Positions 37,380 through 50,650 of a stretch of 64,000 bases of DNA are shown piece by piece. This DNA is from Scyliorhinus canicula (taxonomy: Eukaryota): positions 52,605,631 to 52,669,630 of the forward strand of contig NC_052156.1 of NCBI RefSeq assembly GCF_902713615.1, in the 5' to 3' direction. The notes beneath the pieces were generated by a model. It had not been told where the DNA came from. It was given only the letters and a program-made list of their open reading frames with translations, and did not search any database. Positions within the stretch are counted from its first letter, which is position 1, and each line of letters opens with the position of its first letter. Both the position numbers and the translations under genes were made by a program.

Positions 37380-38040
37380 ATCATTTCATACGATATCCTT
37401 TGTCTGTAGACTTTCAAGAATGGGTATTTGATTCACTTTCTCAGCAGTCAGACATATTGACTGTCTCCAGATTTTGAATCTGCGCTGGATTCTGCAATAC
37501 ACGTCAGAGAGATAGTTCACATTAGCTTACTGGAGGCTTACAATCTCTGTACGCCAGCACGAAACATAGACGTTATGAGTCTATATACCAGTCGTAAACA
37601 CACTGGTGGAATTTCTTGAAGCTGTAGAACAAGGCAAGGCCTTCCTTCTCAGTTTGCACAGATTTATACTCAGCATCAGATGACGTTCTTGAGGAGAAGG
37701 CAATTGGACTCTCTGAGGAGTCTTCCATTGAATGTGATAGAACTGCCCCAATCCCATAAGACAAAGCATCGCACGTCAGCATGATAGATTTTCTCAGGTC
37801 ACAATGATCCAGTCAGCTTGACGATTACAAGACCTGCTTAACATGTTGAAAGGCTTGCTCCTGTGTCTTCTTCCAATACCAATGCTATTTATTTCCTGAA
37901 GGGCATATGCAATGGCACCAATGTCATTGTGAGATTTGGAATAAAACCATAATAGTTTACCATCCATTGGAAGGACTTTAATTCTACCACGTGCTTCGGT
38001 GCTTAGGTTCTCTTATGGCTCTCACCTTGTCTCTGTCACC
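37380..38040 (-). pseudogene. Gypsy pol fragment (RNase H)
   Basis: LTCDALSYGIGAVLSH..PIAFSSRT..EKEGLAL..KKFHQ. Confidence 0.85.
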
Positions 38041-38044
38041 AGAG

Positions 38045-38700
38045 GGATAGGTATTGTTAAGGAAGCGGGGAGGCTACAGGAGGACTTGGACAGGCTCAGA
38101 GAGTAGGCAAAGAAGTGGCAGATGCAATACAATGTGGAAAAGTGTGCGGTTATGCACTTCGGTAGGAAGAATGGAGGCATAGACTATTTTCTAAATGGGA
38201 AAGGGCTTTGGAAATCAAAAGTACAGAGGACTTAGGAGTGCTAAATCAAGATTATCTTAAGGTTAACGTGCAGGTTCAGCCGGCAGTTAGGAAGGCAAAT
38301 GCAATGTTCACATTCATGTCGCGATGGCTAGAGTACAAGAGCAGGGTTGTATTTCTGAGGCTGTATAAGGCTCTGGTCAGATACCAATTGGAGTATGCTA
38401 CCATATATAAGGTAGGATGTGCTGGCCTTGAAAATGGTCCAGAAGAGGGTCCTTGGAATATTAATCCTTGGAATAAAATGTTTGTCATAGGAGGAGCGGT
38501 TGAGGATGCTGGGTCTGTACTTGTTGGAGTTTAGATGGATAAGGAGGAGATCGTATTGAGACTTACAGGATACTGAGAGGCCTAGATAGAGTGGATGTGG
38601 ATTGGATGTTCCCACTAGTAGGATAAACTAGAATTCGACTGCACAGCCTCAGATTGAAGGAACGATCCTTTAAAACTGAGATGAGGAGGAATTTCTTCAG
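38045..38700 (+). mobile_element. CR1 LINE fragment
   Basis: WQMQYNVEKC, DLGV, AVRKANAM, LYKALVR..LEY. Confidence 0.85.
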
Positions 38701-38899
38701 TTGAAATTGTTTGGAATATTGGATGTTTTGTCGGATAAAGTTGGTACAGAATGGTTGCTTTGCAGTGGCTGTTATTTCAGGATTATGACCAAGAGGATGC
38801 CATGCTGGTCAGTGACAGAGGGAAGCTAAAGTGGGGAACCACTGGACATCAGAGTCTCGTGTTCCATTCAAGCCATCCAGGGTCTGCTGAAGCTTTCAT

Positions 38900-39400
38900 T
38901 AACTGCCTGTTTGGAACTTGGATGTATCAGCTGTCAGCATCTTCTGCCTCCTCCTGAAATGCTTGCTGGACTCTTCTGATGACCAGGTTGTGGAGGATGA
39001 CCACCATGAATTGGAGCACCCACTCAAGTGAGTAATGGCAGTGGAACAGTTGCTTCAGCATCCGATGGGCTACTCAATGATTCTCCTTTCCTCCTTACAC
39101 ATGGCAGTGTGGCCCCATGTGGAGTTGCGAAGGGAAATGATTTTATAATTGGTGGTAGATGGAGAACAGATAGTCCTTGGCAATGAGCAGCCATTTCTGA
39201 GGTCCCTGGAGCAGCAGGCTGGCACAGAATGAAGCAATGATCACTGCTGCCAGGACATTCACCAGCATAATGTGCTCACACACCAGCTGCACATTAAACA
39301 AATGATACCCATTGATTCTGAACATTGAGATGAGATGCAGAGCCAGCAAAGCCAGTTGTGTGTCTACGGCACCCTGCATCATTGGGAAAGACACTATTCT
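38900..39400 (-). pseudogene. Old Harbinger transposase fragment
   Basis: FPMMQGAVD..GYHLFNVQLVCEH..WLLIAKDY. Confidence 0.7.
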
Positions 39401-41093
39401 GAAAAAGCCACGTATGTGTTCCCCCTGCTTCTCTCAGATCGGAGGGAAAACAATGAAATCCCCGCTCCTCGCATACAGAGCCGTGGAGGCGAGGAGTGAT
39501 GCCCTGCTCCCTCGAGGGTCCCGGAGGATGAGCCATAGGCCAGCCAGTGCTGACTGGAATGAGGTAGCGGCAGATGTGAGCTCGGGGAGCGTGACAAGGA
39601 GGACTGTCCTCCAGTGCCGAAAAAATGTCAATGACCTACACCAGACAGCACGGGTGAGTATATACCAACCCTCCCTCCATCCCCTCCCCCTTCAGCCGCC
39701 CCCCCCCCCCTCCATTCTCCCTTCACACACCCCTTCCCACCACTGTGAACCATGCGCCTGGCTAACGATGCCCCATCTGTGTCTCCTCAGGAAAAACTCT
39801 CCCATAATCTTCGGGAGAGGGCCCAGACTGGTGGAGGGGTGCCAGACTTAAGAATCCTTACCTCCTTTGAGGAGCGTGCCCTGGAGGTGATTGGGGTGGC
39901 TGAGGCAGGTCGGTCTCCCACGTGGAGACTGGCGGACGCCACAGAGGTGAGGCACCATCGGGCTCCACTCGGGGAACCTGTGCATCCTTGGGAAACACCT
40001 AGATGTAGCGGTGGAACTAGGAGCGAAAAGCATATTGAGGATCATTGAGGGCACTGGGGGAGGGGGGGAAGGAGGGGGGGTGATGGTTGGGGGGTGGGTG
40101 GCACCATTGGGAGACAGTAAACACATTGCACAACCAGTATGATGCCTCTGTCATTTTCGTACGCAATGTTGGCCGACCTCTGAACCCTTGGCCCATCTCT
40201 CCAGGAATCTCCCCCTCTCTATGGCACCCTCCCACCTTCCAGCCGTGGACATGTCCCCGGAGCTAAGTTCCATCCCCTGGGTGTTCGGATGTTGGCTGGT
40301 GCGTGTGTGGCGTTGGCCCCGCAGTGTTCAGGCACAGTGTCCAGGCATCATGGTCTTATTGGGATGCTGGGCAATGACTCCCATGTGCTTCATGACCTGC
40401 CTACCAACGGGAATCCACTTGGGTTGTGTGAAGTGCCCACTTAACCCCGATTGCCAATTCCCTATCAGCAATAGCCTTCAGCCGTGTGGCCAGATGCCTC
40501 GGCAGTCGGCGGGGGTCATTGGGCAGATAGGCAGAGACAACGGTTGCTCCCGGAATGGGTAACCACGATCCAGGGGTTGGCATGATGGTGCCGCGAGCGG
40601 TTGCCCCCCAGTTTTCCTCCCCCAAGCGCCTTTCCCCCAGCCTCCTATGGCGACCCACCCTTGCGGAGGGTTCCCACCCCCAGACAAGTATCCCCTAACT
40701 CCTGTCAAGCACAGGGGCGGCAATCCCAGTGCTCCTGGGCTCTTTTCCTGTGTGCAAAGATGGTTATTCACCTTCCCGAGTCCCAACAGCTCTTCTGGCA
40801 GGTTCACATTTTTCAAAAGGAGTACTGATCGACGCCAGCATGACCACTTCGTGGGGAGGCCCGTGAATGACAGGAGGATATTGGATATGGGGTGGCTCTC
40901 ACTAATTGTATGGAAATTGGGCCTGAGTGGTGATAATTGGTTTCTCACCATGCTACGTCGAGATCCTGATTTCACTTACAGGAGTGGGCTGGTTGCATTG
41001 CAAAGTGTTTGGCACCTGATGCGGATCTATTTTTGGCCTCTCCCGTTATTCACCGCTTGAGTGAGAGAGCAACGAGGCCAGAGAATAGCGCCC
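39400..41093 (+). mobile_element. Harbinger relic with a spliced NAIF1-like Myb/SANT gene fragment
   Basis: AVEARSDAL..WNEVA..RTVLQCRKNVNDL|GTGAGT, intron, ctcctcag|EKLSHNLRERAQTGGGVPDLRILTSFEE; right TIR GAGAATAGCGCCC ending at 41093. Confidence 0.85.
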
Positions 41094-41185
41094 ATATAGT
41101 TTATTAAAAATAAATGATTACAAGTTTTTGAGATTACAGCTTTATTTCAGGAACTTTTGAAAATACATGCTTCAACGGTACAAGC

Positions 41186-41513
41186 GGGCAGCACGGTAGC
41201 ACAAGTGATTAGCACTGTGGCTTCACAGCGCTAGGGTCCCAGGTTCGATTCCCGGCTGGGTCACTGTCTGTGCAGTGTCGACACGTTCTCCCCGTGTCTG
41301 CGTGGGCTTCCTCCAGGTGCTCCGGTTTCCTCCCACAGTCCAAAGACGTGCAGGTTAGGTGGATTGGCCATGATAAATTGCCCTTAGTGACCAAAAAAGG
41401 TTAGGAGGGGTTATTGTGTTATGCGGATAGGTTGGAAGTGAGGGCTTAAGTGGGTCGGTGCAGACTCGATGGGCCGAATGGCCTCCTTCTGCACTGTATG
41501 TTCTATGTTCTAT
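41186..41513 (+). mobile_element. HE1 V-SINE, long form
   Basis: Near-complete copy with (TTCTATG)n tail. Confidence 0.92.
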
Positions 41514-41839
41514 CAACCGGAAGAAAGGGTGGCAATGTACAAGTTGGCCCAGTATACCATCTCCCTAAAGCTGGCTCTGCTCAATACATAATTTTGTCAT
41601 TGTGCATTAAAAAAACGTGATTGTATTTTATTCTTATTTTCCAATTAAATTCTGATCGGATGAGAAAACATGTCACTTAGAAAATCACATTCTGCTTGAA
41701 ATTAACAGATGAATGCTAAATATGCTTGTATGACATGTCTGTCACCTATTTGAATGGAAGCATTTCAAGCTGTGTATCAGCAACGTGAATTTCTCACCTT
41801 TGGTCAGGTGTATAGTCAATGTCATATATATCTCACAGT

Positions 41840-41995
41840 AAAATACTGCATGTGCTGGAATTCTGAAAAAAAACAGAAAACTTGAAATATGCAACTGTTC
41901 AAGTAGCATCAGAGAAATTACATAATTTTCCGGATTAATGAAAGATAATTGGCCTGAAATTTTAACTCTGTTTCTCTCTCCAAGTTTCCACCAGA
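41840..41995. mobile_element. Degenerate Penelope-type fold-back of another family
   Basis: AATACTGC..GCTGGAATTCTGAAAAAAAACAGAAAA...CCTGAAATTTTAACTCTGTTTCTCTCTCCA. Confidence 0.5.
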
Positions 41996-43979
41996 AGTGA
42001 TGGTCAATGTAGTATACAATAAGGTGAACTTAGTCTACATCATCAGTCCAAAGCAGAGTTGGATTGAGTCAGCAGCCAATATTTTAATGCAGCCGACCTT
42101 CTTTCCACTCACTTTCACAGAATGTTCAAATTATTTTCCTCACTTCCCTAGTCGATCCCATTGTTGTTACTTTGTTTGAAATGAAAAATCTTGTCAGTAT
42201 TCCCCAAGTCAGTGGAAGATCAAATCTGTTGTGGTGAAAAATCAGCCGAGTATTTCACCTCCGTCTGGTAATAATGGGAAAACATCATCAGACATCATTG
42301 ACATTTGGGCAGATCAGTTATCACAAGTGTCATTGCATTCTTGGTATCTCGCGCTGCTGAGGCAGCAGGGGAGGAGGGATGACTGACACAACCAAGGTGA
42401 CCTTTCATTCTGTCACCTTATTGTAGGTCACATTGCAGCAGCCCAAATACCATCAGAAGTGCATCAGAAAAATGTAAATGATCTTGTACTCAGATGATCC
42501 AATAAGCTCTGACCTCAGGTGAGCAGGTGAATAAAACCATATATAGCTCATATATGCTTTGAATAGACTTGTCAGTCCCCCTTGATTAAAGACAAAATCA
42601 AGCTAACAATTATGTGGAATGCTGAGAAGCCAATGTTCACACTTTGTCTGCGTTCTAAGGGCCTGTTGAGGTCTTTGCCTTTGTAACTTCATAACCAGAA
42701 CAGCGTTCCCTTACCCAGTCTAATTTTCAGATCAATAAATCTAACCTCCTCTCACAAGCAATTTCTCCCAAGCATCCATTTTGAAACTGAGTAAACAACA
42801 TAAAAAATAGCTTTGCTTTTTAACTTCAGCTATTTTAGAATAACGTATGAAATAAATATAGTGATTTCCCAGTTCCATTATAGTTTCAGTGTCATTTATC
42901 AGAATAGCTTTCCTAAATTAGAAAAGACTTCTTACTTTTCAAACGCTGGTTCATTATTTGATTTAAATGAAAATTGCAGAGCAATTGCATTAAATGTGTA
43001 TATATGCTCAGATGGTTTGAAAATAATTATGTACTTTCTCTTCCATCAAATGTAGTGAGTGGAATCCTTTATCGCTGATACTCACTGTTAGCGCACCAAT
43101 TAGGATAGATGGCTAAATTGTGATAGTACAGATAATGCATTTTAAAATTCTATTATTGATTTATTGCTCTGCAGTCTTGGGAGAGTTTTGAGTTCCCAGT
43201 GAAAATTACACAAGCTACACATGATCAAGCTTCGAGTGAACCATCCCATGAGATGAGCATTGGGCACAAACGTAATATGCTGCTTTTAGAGATTTGATTT
43301 CACAAATAAACAATATGGGATCTGAAGATCAATCCTTGACGATTCCAAGGAAATGGTCATTACACAGCTACGGAATCCTTAATGTTGTGCCCAATAAATT
43401 ATTTTGAAGAACTCCTAAATAATAAATGAGAAAATGAAAATTGTGACCAATAAAAAGGGAAACAATAAAAAATTAAGCTGACAAATAGATTAATTCAGTT
43501 GGTTAAGGAAAATTATTAGGTATGGTGTAATACGGTCTCCTGTCTAGAATTAGACCTAGTGAAAGCAAGGTACATATTAACTATGATTACTTGCAAATGA
43601 AGACAGATTAACTTGGAGAGCCTGCTAATTCCAATGTTTTTTACATCTCGTGATGAGTCAGAATAAAAACTGTTGCACAAAATGCAAAATGCCATGTAAT
43701 TAAGGATGAGGTTTATTATGTATTAGCTCTTATAGTTGAAGGGCATTATACTAAAAGTAGGCAGTATATAAGTCTGACAAGGCATACTCCTTATTAAGTG
43801 GATGGATTTGGAGATAAGCAGATTGTACTTGTAGAACATAAATGAACTTTATAGATAATTTAATTACAAGTGTGACGTTATAACTTTCTTATTATGAGGT
43901 ATAGTTTGCTGGTCAGATTCATGGTATGAAGTGGGTTTATTGAAAAATCACAACAATGGATACGCAAATATAGGCTCGA

Positions 43980-45155
43980 CCACCTTCAGCTGCTTCAACA
44001 ATTTCCTCCATCATAAGGTCAGAACTGCAGAAGCTTGCTAAAAATTGCACTGTGATCAGTACCATTAGCAACTCTTCAGATACTGAAGCAGTCTGTATCT
44101 ATATGCAGCAAGACCTAGACAACTTGGGCTTGGGCTGATAATTGACAAGTAACATTCATGCCACAAAAGTGCCAGACAATGACCATCTCCAATAAGAGAG
44201 AATCTAATCCAATATCAACCCTTTGGAGGTTACCATTGAGCAGACCTGAACTGGAGCAGCCATATAAATACAGTGGCTGCAAGAGCAGGTCAGAGACTGA
44301 AAATTTTGTGGTGTGTAGTCACCTCCTGACTCCCTAAATCCTATCCATCATCTAGAATCATAGAGTAGAGTCCCTACAGTACTGAAAGAGGCCATTTGGC
44401 CCATTGAGTCTACACTGACCCTCTTAAAGACCACCCTACCTAGGCCCAATCCCTTGCCCTGTAACCTCACCCTAAAAGGCAATCCACTTAACCTGCACAT
44501 CTTTGGACTGTGGGAGAAAACCCACGCAGACATGGGGAGAACGTGCAAACTCCACAGACAGTCACCCAAGGTGGGAGTCGATCCTGGGTATCTGACACTG
44601 TGAGGCAGTAGTGCAAACCAATGGGCCACAGTGCCATCCCTACAAGCAGCAGGTCAAGAGCTGATGTAATGTTCTCCACTTGCTTTGATAAGTGTGTCTC
44701 CAACCACATGCAAGACAAGCAGCATCATCTAGGACAAAGTAATCCACTTGATCGACACCCTATCCACCAACCTAATATTCACTCCCTCTACTATTGGTGC
44801 TCAGAGGCAGCAGCGTGCACCATATACAAGATGTACTGTAGAAATTCACTGATGATCCTTCAACAGTACCTTCCAAACCTGCAACCTCTACCAGATAGAA
44901 GGACAAGGGCAGCAGTCATTTAGGAACACCACTAATTTCCAGTTCTCAATCAAGCCACACATCATCCTGACTTGGCACTATATAGCCATCCCTTCACTGG
45001 GCCTAGATCCTGGAACTTCCTTCCTAAAGCACTGTGGGTGTATCTGCACCAAATGGACTACAGTAGTTCAGGAAGGTGGCTTCTCAAGGGCAATTAGGGA
45101 TGGGGAACAAATGTTGGCTGAGCCAGTGACACCCACATCCCATGAAAGAATTAAA
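43980..45155 (+). mobile_element. CR1-like LINE 3' fragment, split by HE1
   Basis: MQQDLDN..W...FMPQKCQTMTIS remnant; tail GGGCAATTAGGGATGG..CACATCCCATGAA. Confidence 0.7.
44350..44640 (-). mobile_element. HE1 V-SINE, long form
   Basis: Diverged reverse copy. Confidence 0.8.
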
Positions 45156-46216
45156 ATATTTAGTTTTTAAATCACAAAGTAGAAATAAAATGGGATGGAA
45201 TATCCTCAAAGGCATAATGGAGAAGTTATATCTAAATACCTCCCATGTGTGTGATAATATTGCCAAAGCCTATTTCCACCTGAATTCGCTGCTCATCTCA
45301 GTGACATATGTCAAAATGTAAAAATAGGCAGAGACAAGTGAAAATTTACTTCAAACAAATAAGGTTCAAGGAAAGCTTTGATTCAAAACAAATATTCCAT
45401 CTTTAAACATGAAAAGTAATTACAACCCTGTTAACTATCATCCATACAGATTCAGCCCAGCATGTTTGCAAATATGTAATGGTGGGAGATTTCCAATTTT
45501 TAATTTGATCCTCTAAAAATTCACTCAAAGTAAAGTGCAACAGGATAAATCTTAAAAATTACACCAAAAAGTGCAATGAAATTTCAGAAAAATGACTTTG
45601 CTTCCTATTCATCCTAAAATTCTGGATTGAATTTTATACTTGCTTTGAACCAGTATAACGATAGAATATTGTGTGTCCAGCTCTTTAGACTGGTGGTGCA
45701 CCCAATATAATGAGTGGACATATATAGCAGATATAAATGTCATTTATATAATCATGTGTTCGGATCAGGGATCATTCAATGTCCCTAAATGTGCAAGGGA
45801 ATTTGGGTAACACACTGTGCCTGAATTTTCTTAAATCATTTACATCTGGCATTTGCTTATGTCTAGAAATCCATTCCATTGCCTCAAGGAAAATTTTGAA
45901 ATGAGAAACTGGTTGCAGTATGTTAGGCTCTTGGGGCTAGATTTATGACAAGTTGGGGAGATACCAGAGACCTTTAAAAATGGCGGACAGGACCCGGATC
46001 CAGAAGTCCTACCCCCATTTTTGGCACACACCATTTTTACAGGTAGGGTGAAGGGTAAGTATGAAACACACAAAATAAGCAGGGCCATTTAAACTCAGTG
46101 CACATGACAAGTAGGCCTGATGTCCACTCCAGGAATGAACTCAACCTGCAATGTATGTTTCATGACTTGATAGTGGAGACATAAATGCTCATGAAGGGCA
46201 GATAAAATACATAAAG

Positions 46217-46348
46217 TATTGCTGAAAAAATACATTTCGTCAAAACCTTTCATCTTGCACTCATCAGGACAATCGCAAGATTCTTATGATTGTCCTGGTG
46301 AGTGCAAAATGAAAAGTTCTGACAAAATGCCTTTTTTTAAGCAAAATT
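46217..46348. mobile_element. Fold-back mini-element with hammerhead-like cores (third Penelope-like family)
   Basis: About 65-bp inverted arms; left arm on the minus strand reads gtcCTGATGAgtgcaagatGAAAggttttgac. Confidence 0.65.
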
Positions 46349-46557
46349 CAACCTCTGTACTACCAAATGCCTAAAGGTATGTCGAGCTGCCAAGTTGTCA
46401 AGTTATTTAAATCCCCTGCCCTTTAAATTTTAAAAAATCATCTGCGTGCCTGTGTCCCCAAGAATGAAGAATTCAGTTCTTAACAGTTGCAATAGATGTT
46501 TATTGACATCCTAACTTCTGTAATTATAACATTATTACAGCATAATTCAGTAGATTG

Positions 46558-47807
46558 GGTGATTTAGCGGTATGTCAATGGACTAGCAATTCAGAGGCTC
46601 GGGCTATAACTCTGGGGACAGGGGTTCAAATTCTGCCACGGCAGCTGATGGGATTTATTTAATTAATAACAATCTGGACTATAAATCTAATCTCAAAAAT
46701 AATAACCATGAATCGATCATCAATTGTTGTAAAAACATGACCAGTTCACTATTTTCCTCCATTGAATTATATTTGCCATTCTTAACTAGTCAGGCTTATA
46801 TGTGACTTGTTACGACACCCTGGGTTAGGGCATGGTCAATTCCAGCCCCACTTGATCCAGAGTCACAACACAAGTGAATTAACCAATAATTCTAAGAAAA
46901 ATGCCCACAGTCTTTGGCCCTTGGCTGCCCAATAATTACAGTCACCATGTTTGAAAATTGGAACACAATTACTTTTTATTTATAACAAGAAGTATGCAGC
47001 AAATACAACTGGTTAACAATTATATAATTCCTATTCCCCCACTTTAACTTGCCTACCCTCTACACACATACAAGACAGACAAACATAGAGGGGAGAAGAG
47101 GGGTGTAAAAATAATAATGAAAGGGATAAATTCTTTGTTTCAGATGGTTGTGTCTAGCACACTGTACTTCAAATCAGGCTATCAGGTCGAGATTTCTGCT
47201 TTCCAGTCTGTAATGGTTTTCACTGTGGATTCACGTCTCTGCAGTTTCTGAAATGCAGCAGCTCACAGCATTTCTGGAGATAACACAAGGGAAAGAGAGC
47301 AGGTCCTTTTCTATGTGTGTCCAGGTTTCAACTCTGCTTTCCTTAGGTCTCTAGAAATCATCCCACTCAGGCAACATCCAATCACCACCTGTTACTGGGC
47401 AGAATACTGCATTTTGGCCATTTCATTGGCCACCATCCAACCAATTGAACCAAGTCTCACTCCACATCCCGGGTGCCACAGAGTCTGAGTTTTGCTGTCC
47501 AAAGCTAGCAGCAGCATATATTGTGCTGCAACTTCTTGAATTCCACATTCTCTCTGCTGCTTGACTTAAAGATACATGTCCATTAATCATCCATGGATCA
47601 AAAATGTTAATGGAAAAAATAAAGAAAGGGGACATAAGGGAATCAACAGGAAGGACCCTTACAGACTCCAGATGCACAGCAATGTGGTTGACTCTTAACT
47701 GCCCTCTAAAATATCCTAGCAAGTCATTCAGTTCAATAGTAAATGGGAATGGGCAATAAATGCTGGCTTTTCCAGTGATGCCAACATCCCTTGAAAGAAA
47801 AAAAAAT
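46558..47807 (+). mobile_element. tRNA-derived SINE sharing its 3' tail with the 43980 LINE, split by a solo LTR
   Basis: GGGTTCAAATTC B box; tail GGGCAATAAATGCTGG..CATCCCTTGAAAG(A)n. Confidence 0.7.
46808..47663. mobile_element. Solo LTR (856 bp)
   Basis: TGTTA...TTACA termini; perfect 4-bp TSD GACT at 46804-46807 and 47664-47667. Confidence 0.85.
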
Positions 47808-47987
47808 GCTTCCACAACTTGTCATTATCACAGTTGGGGAGTGGGAAGGTCTGTTCTTGGGTGATAAGCGTCTCTAAGATTTTAAGAAACTATTAGAGGT
47901 TTTTAATGTGAGGTTAGGAATACAAATCCTTGTTTTATGAGGAATTAAGTACATGAGGGGATTTAAATTTATTGAATTGGCTTTCAT

Positions 47988-48193
47988 TTTGTTTATAACT
48001 TTAAAGTAGCCAATTAATTTTTTCCAATTAAGGGGCAATTTAACGTGGCCAATCTACCTATCCTGCGCATCTTTGGGTTGTGGAGGCGAAACCCATGCAA
48101 ACACGGGGAGAATGTGTAAACTCCACATGGACAGTGACCCAGAGCTCAGCGCCATGAAGTAGCTGTGCTAACCACTGCGCCACCGTGCTGCCC
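47988..48193 (-). mobile_element. HE1-type SINE, short A-tailed variant
   Basis: 16-bp TSD TTGAATTGGCTTTCAT at 47972-47987 and 48194-48209. Confidence 0.9.
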
Positions 48194-48640
48194 TTGAATT
48201 GGCTTTCATGAATGAAAATGTTTTCAATATAGTGGAGTCTGTAATAGATGCTTAGAGAATTTTGTATCATTTCAGCATTGCTCCTAATGTATGCCCCGAG
48301 TGGATATTGTATATGTTGGCATGTGGGAAGTAAGGGCAAAGATTTGTGGGTGAGCCGACATGGATTGGCACAAGTTGGCACTCAGTTGACATAGAGGCAA
48401 TAAAGGCCATGGATGTGAGTTGGCGCATGGGGAGTGGGTGAGGCGGGGGGGGGGGGGGGGGGGGGCAGTATCGATGGCCAGAGCACCTATTGACAAAACA
48501 ACCGGTATGAAGTCCTGGAGAACCAAGTCAGGCTTTTTGCCCAGCCTTCCTTGGCACTCAGCAGCTCCTGTGGTCACCCATGAACTGTTTCTGAAGCCCT
48601 TTGAGGCAATTTTTCCCAAGTGGACATGCAAAGCCATAGA

Positions 48641-48710
48641 AGGTCCCCACTTCCATACCCACCTTAACATGAAAAAGGTCCCCACTTCCATACCCACCTT
48701 AACATGAAAA
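48641..48710. repeat. Perfect 35-bp tandem duplication
   Basis: AGGTCCCCACTTCCATACCCACCTTAACATGAAAA x2. Confidence 0.9.
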
Positions 48711-49464
48711 TCCAGCACTTTATAACTATATAACAGAAGGAAAATACAGCAGAGTTAACTTGTTGTCATTTGCTCCTTGTTGTCAATTCTTCTGAAGTTA
48801 CAGTACTCCATCATCTCCATTAATTTTCTCTCTGATGGTCTAACCTTTACATCCCCAGTCCCATCTCGTGTCAGGTTTTTATATAAACGAGTCAAGAACA
48901 CATAGCATTTTATTTTCCTGTCACCTTAGGTTAATTACATTGTGTGAGATGTTTTGCAAGAGATGCTTATCCCTCCAAATTGCTTGTTCTGCTTATAATG
49001 CACAGTCATCACATTATACTCCCTGCTTATGAGGTCTTCCAGAATCATGGAAAAGTCATGATTGAAATTGAAAATCAGTGAAGTGTACATCACCAGATAA
49101 TGTAATAATCTAAGAATATGTTTTAGAACTTCTTCCAGAAAAGCAGTGCAAGCAGAAATCTCCAAATTGCAGAAACGGCCAGTGGTGAAAATGAATGGGA
49201 TGTTATCTGGTGAGCTGCGACAAAGCAGTTCATTGAAGGAAGTATAGAATTGGGCAATAAATTTTGTGTGGCAAAGAATTAGCTTCCTTTAATGTGGGGC
49301 AACTATTATGCAATGTTGACCTTTTGGGATGATGCTGCAGAGTGACACGGATGAAAACCTTCCTCATAAGCATCTCGTGCAGATCCACCAAAGCAGCCAT
49401 TAAAGAAAAGGTTGTGACATCACATGGCTAAAGACACATAGGAACACGAGACCATAATAACATG

Positions 49465-50650
49465 TAAACAGAAGAACTAGGAGCAGGAACAGGCAATTCA
49501 GCCCTTCAAGCCTGATCCACCATTCAATACGATCATGGCTGATCTCATCTCAGCCTCAACTCTTCCGTCCTGCCCGTTCTCCATGACCCTTAAAACCATT
49601 ACTAATTAAAAACCCGTCTATCTGCTCCTTAAATTTACTCAATGTCCTGACATCCACCGCTCTCTGGGGTAGTGAATTCCACAGATTCACAATCATTTGG
49701 GAGAAGTAATTTCTCCTCATCTCTATCCCTTATTCAAAAACTATGACCTTGCATTCTAAATCACCCCACAAGGGGAATCATCCGCTATACATCCACTTTG
49801 TCAACCTTTTAATCATGTTAGATACCTCAATTAGATCTCCTCTTATTCTCCTGAACGCGAGGGAGCAGAGGCCTAGACTGTTCAATCTCTCCTCATAAGA
49901 CAAACCCCTCATCTCAGTAATCAATCTAGTGAGCCTCCTCTGAACTTCCTCTTATGCAACTATATCCCTCCTCAAATAAGGGGACCAGAAATGTGCACAA
50001 TAGAGCAGGTACTGTCTCATTAATGCCTTGTGCAGTTGTAGCAACATTTCCTAACTTTTATACTCTATTCTTTTAGCTATAAAGGCCAAAGTTCCATTTG
50101 GCCCACTCACCTAACCTATCTATATTCTTTTGTTAATTTCTTATTTCCTCATTGCAAATTACTATCCCACCTATTTTAATGTAGTCTTCAAATTTGGCTA
50201 TAGTACCTTCTATCCTTCCATCCAAGCCATTGATATGTATAAAATAAATAGTTGGTACCCAAGGGCCAAACGCTGTGGCATCCCACTAGTTACATCTTGC
50301 CAGCCAGAAAAAGACTCATTTATCCTGATTCTCTACTTTCTGCCAGTTAGCTAGTCTTCTATCCAAGCTAATATATTACCCCTAATTCCATCTGATCTTA
50401 ACTTGTGTATTAATCTTTTGTGCGGCACCTTATCAAATGCCTTCTCGAAGTCCAGATACGCTACACCTATAGGATCCCCATTATCCACTTGGCTTGTTAC
50501 ATCTTCGAAGAACTCTAGAAAATTAGTCAAACACAAAACCACGCTGACTCAGATGGATTGTATTTTGACTTTCCAAATGTCCTGTTATTGCGTCCTTAAT
50601 AATGAATTCTAACAATTTCCCCAAAACAGGTGTTAAACTAACTGGTTAAA
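49465..50650 (-). mobile_element. CR1 LINE fragment with internal deletions
   Basis: CLTNFLEFFEDVT..YLDFEKAFDKVPHKRL..ILAWIED. Confidence 0.9.

Noticed and set aside
39453-40048. Possible host NAIF1 or HARBI1 genes
   Set aside because: Truncated, multi-copy and TIR-associated, with stops or frameshifts: transposon relics, so no gene symbol assigned
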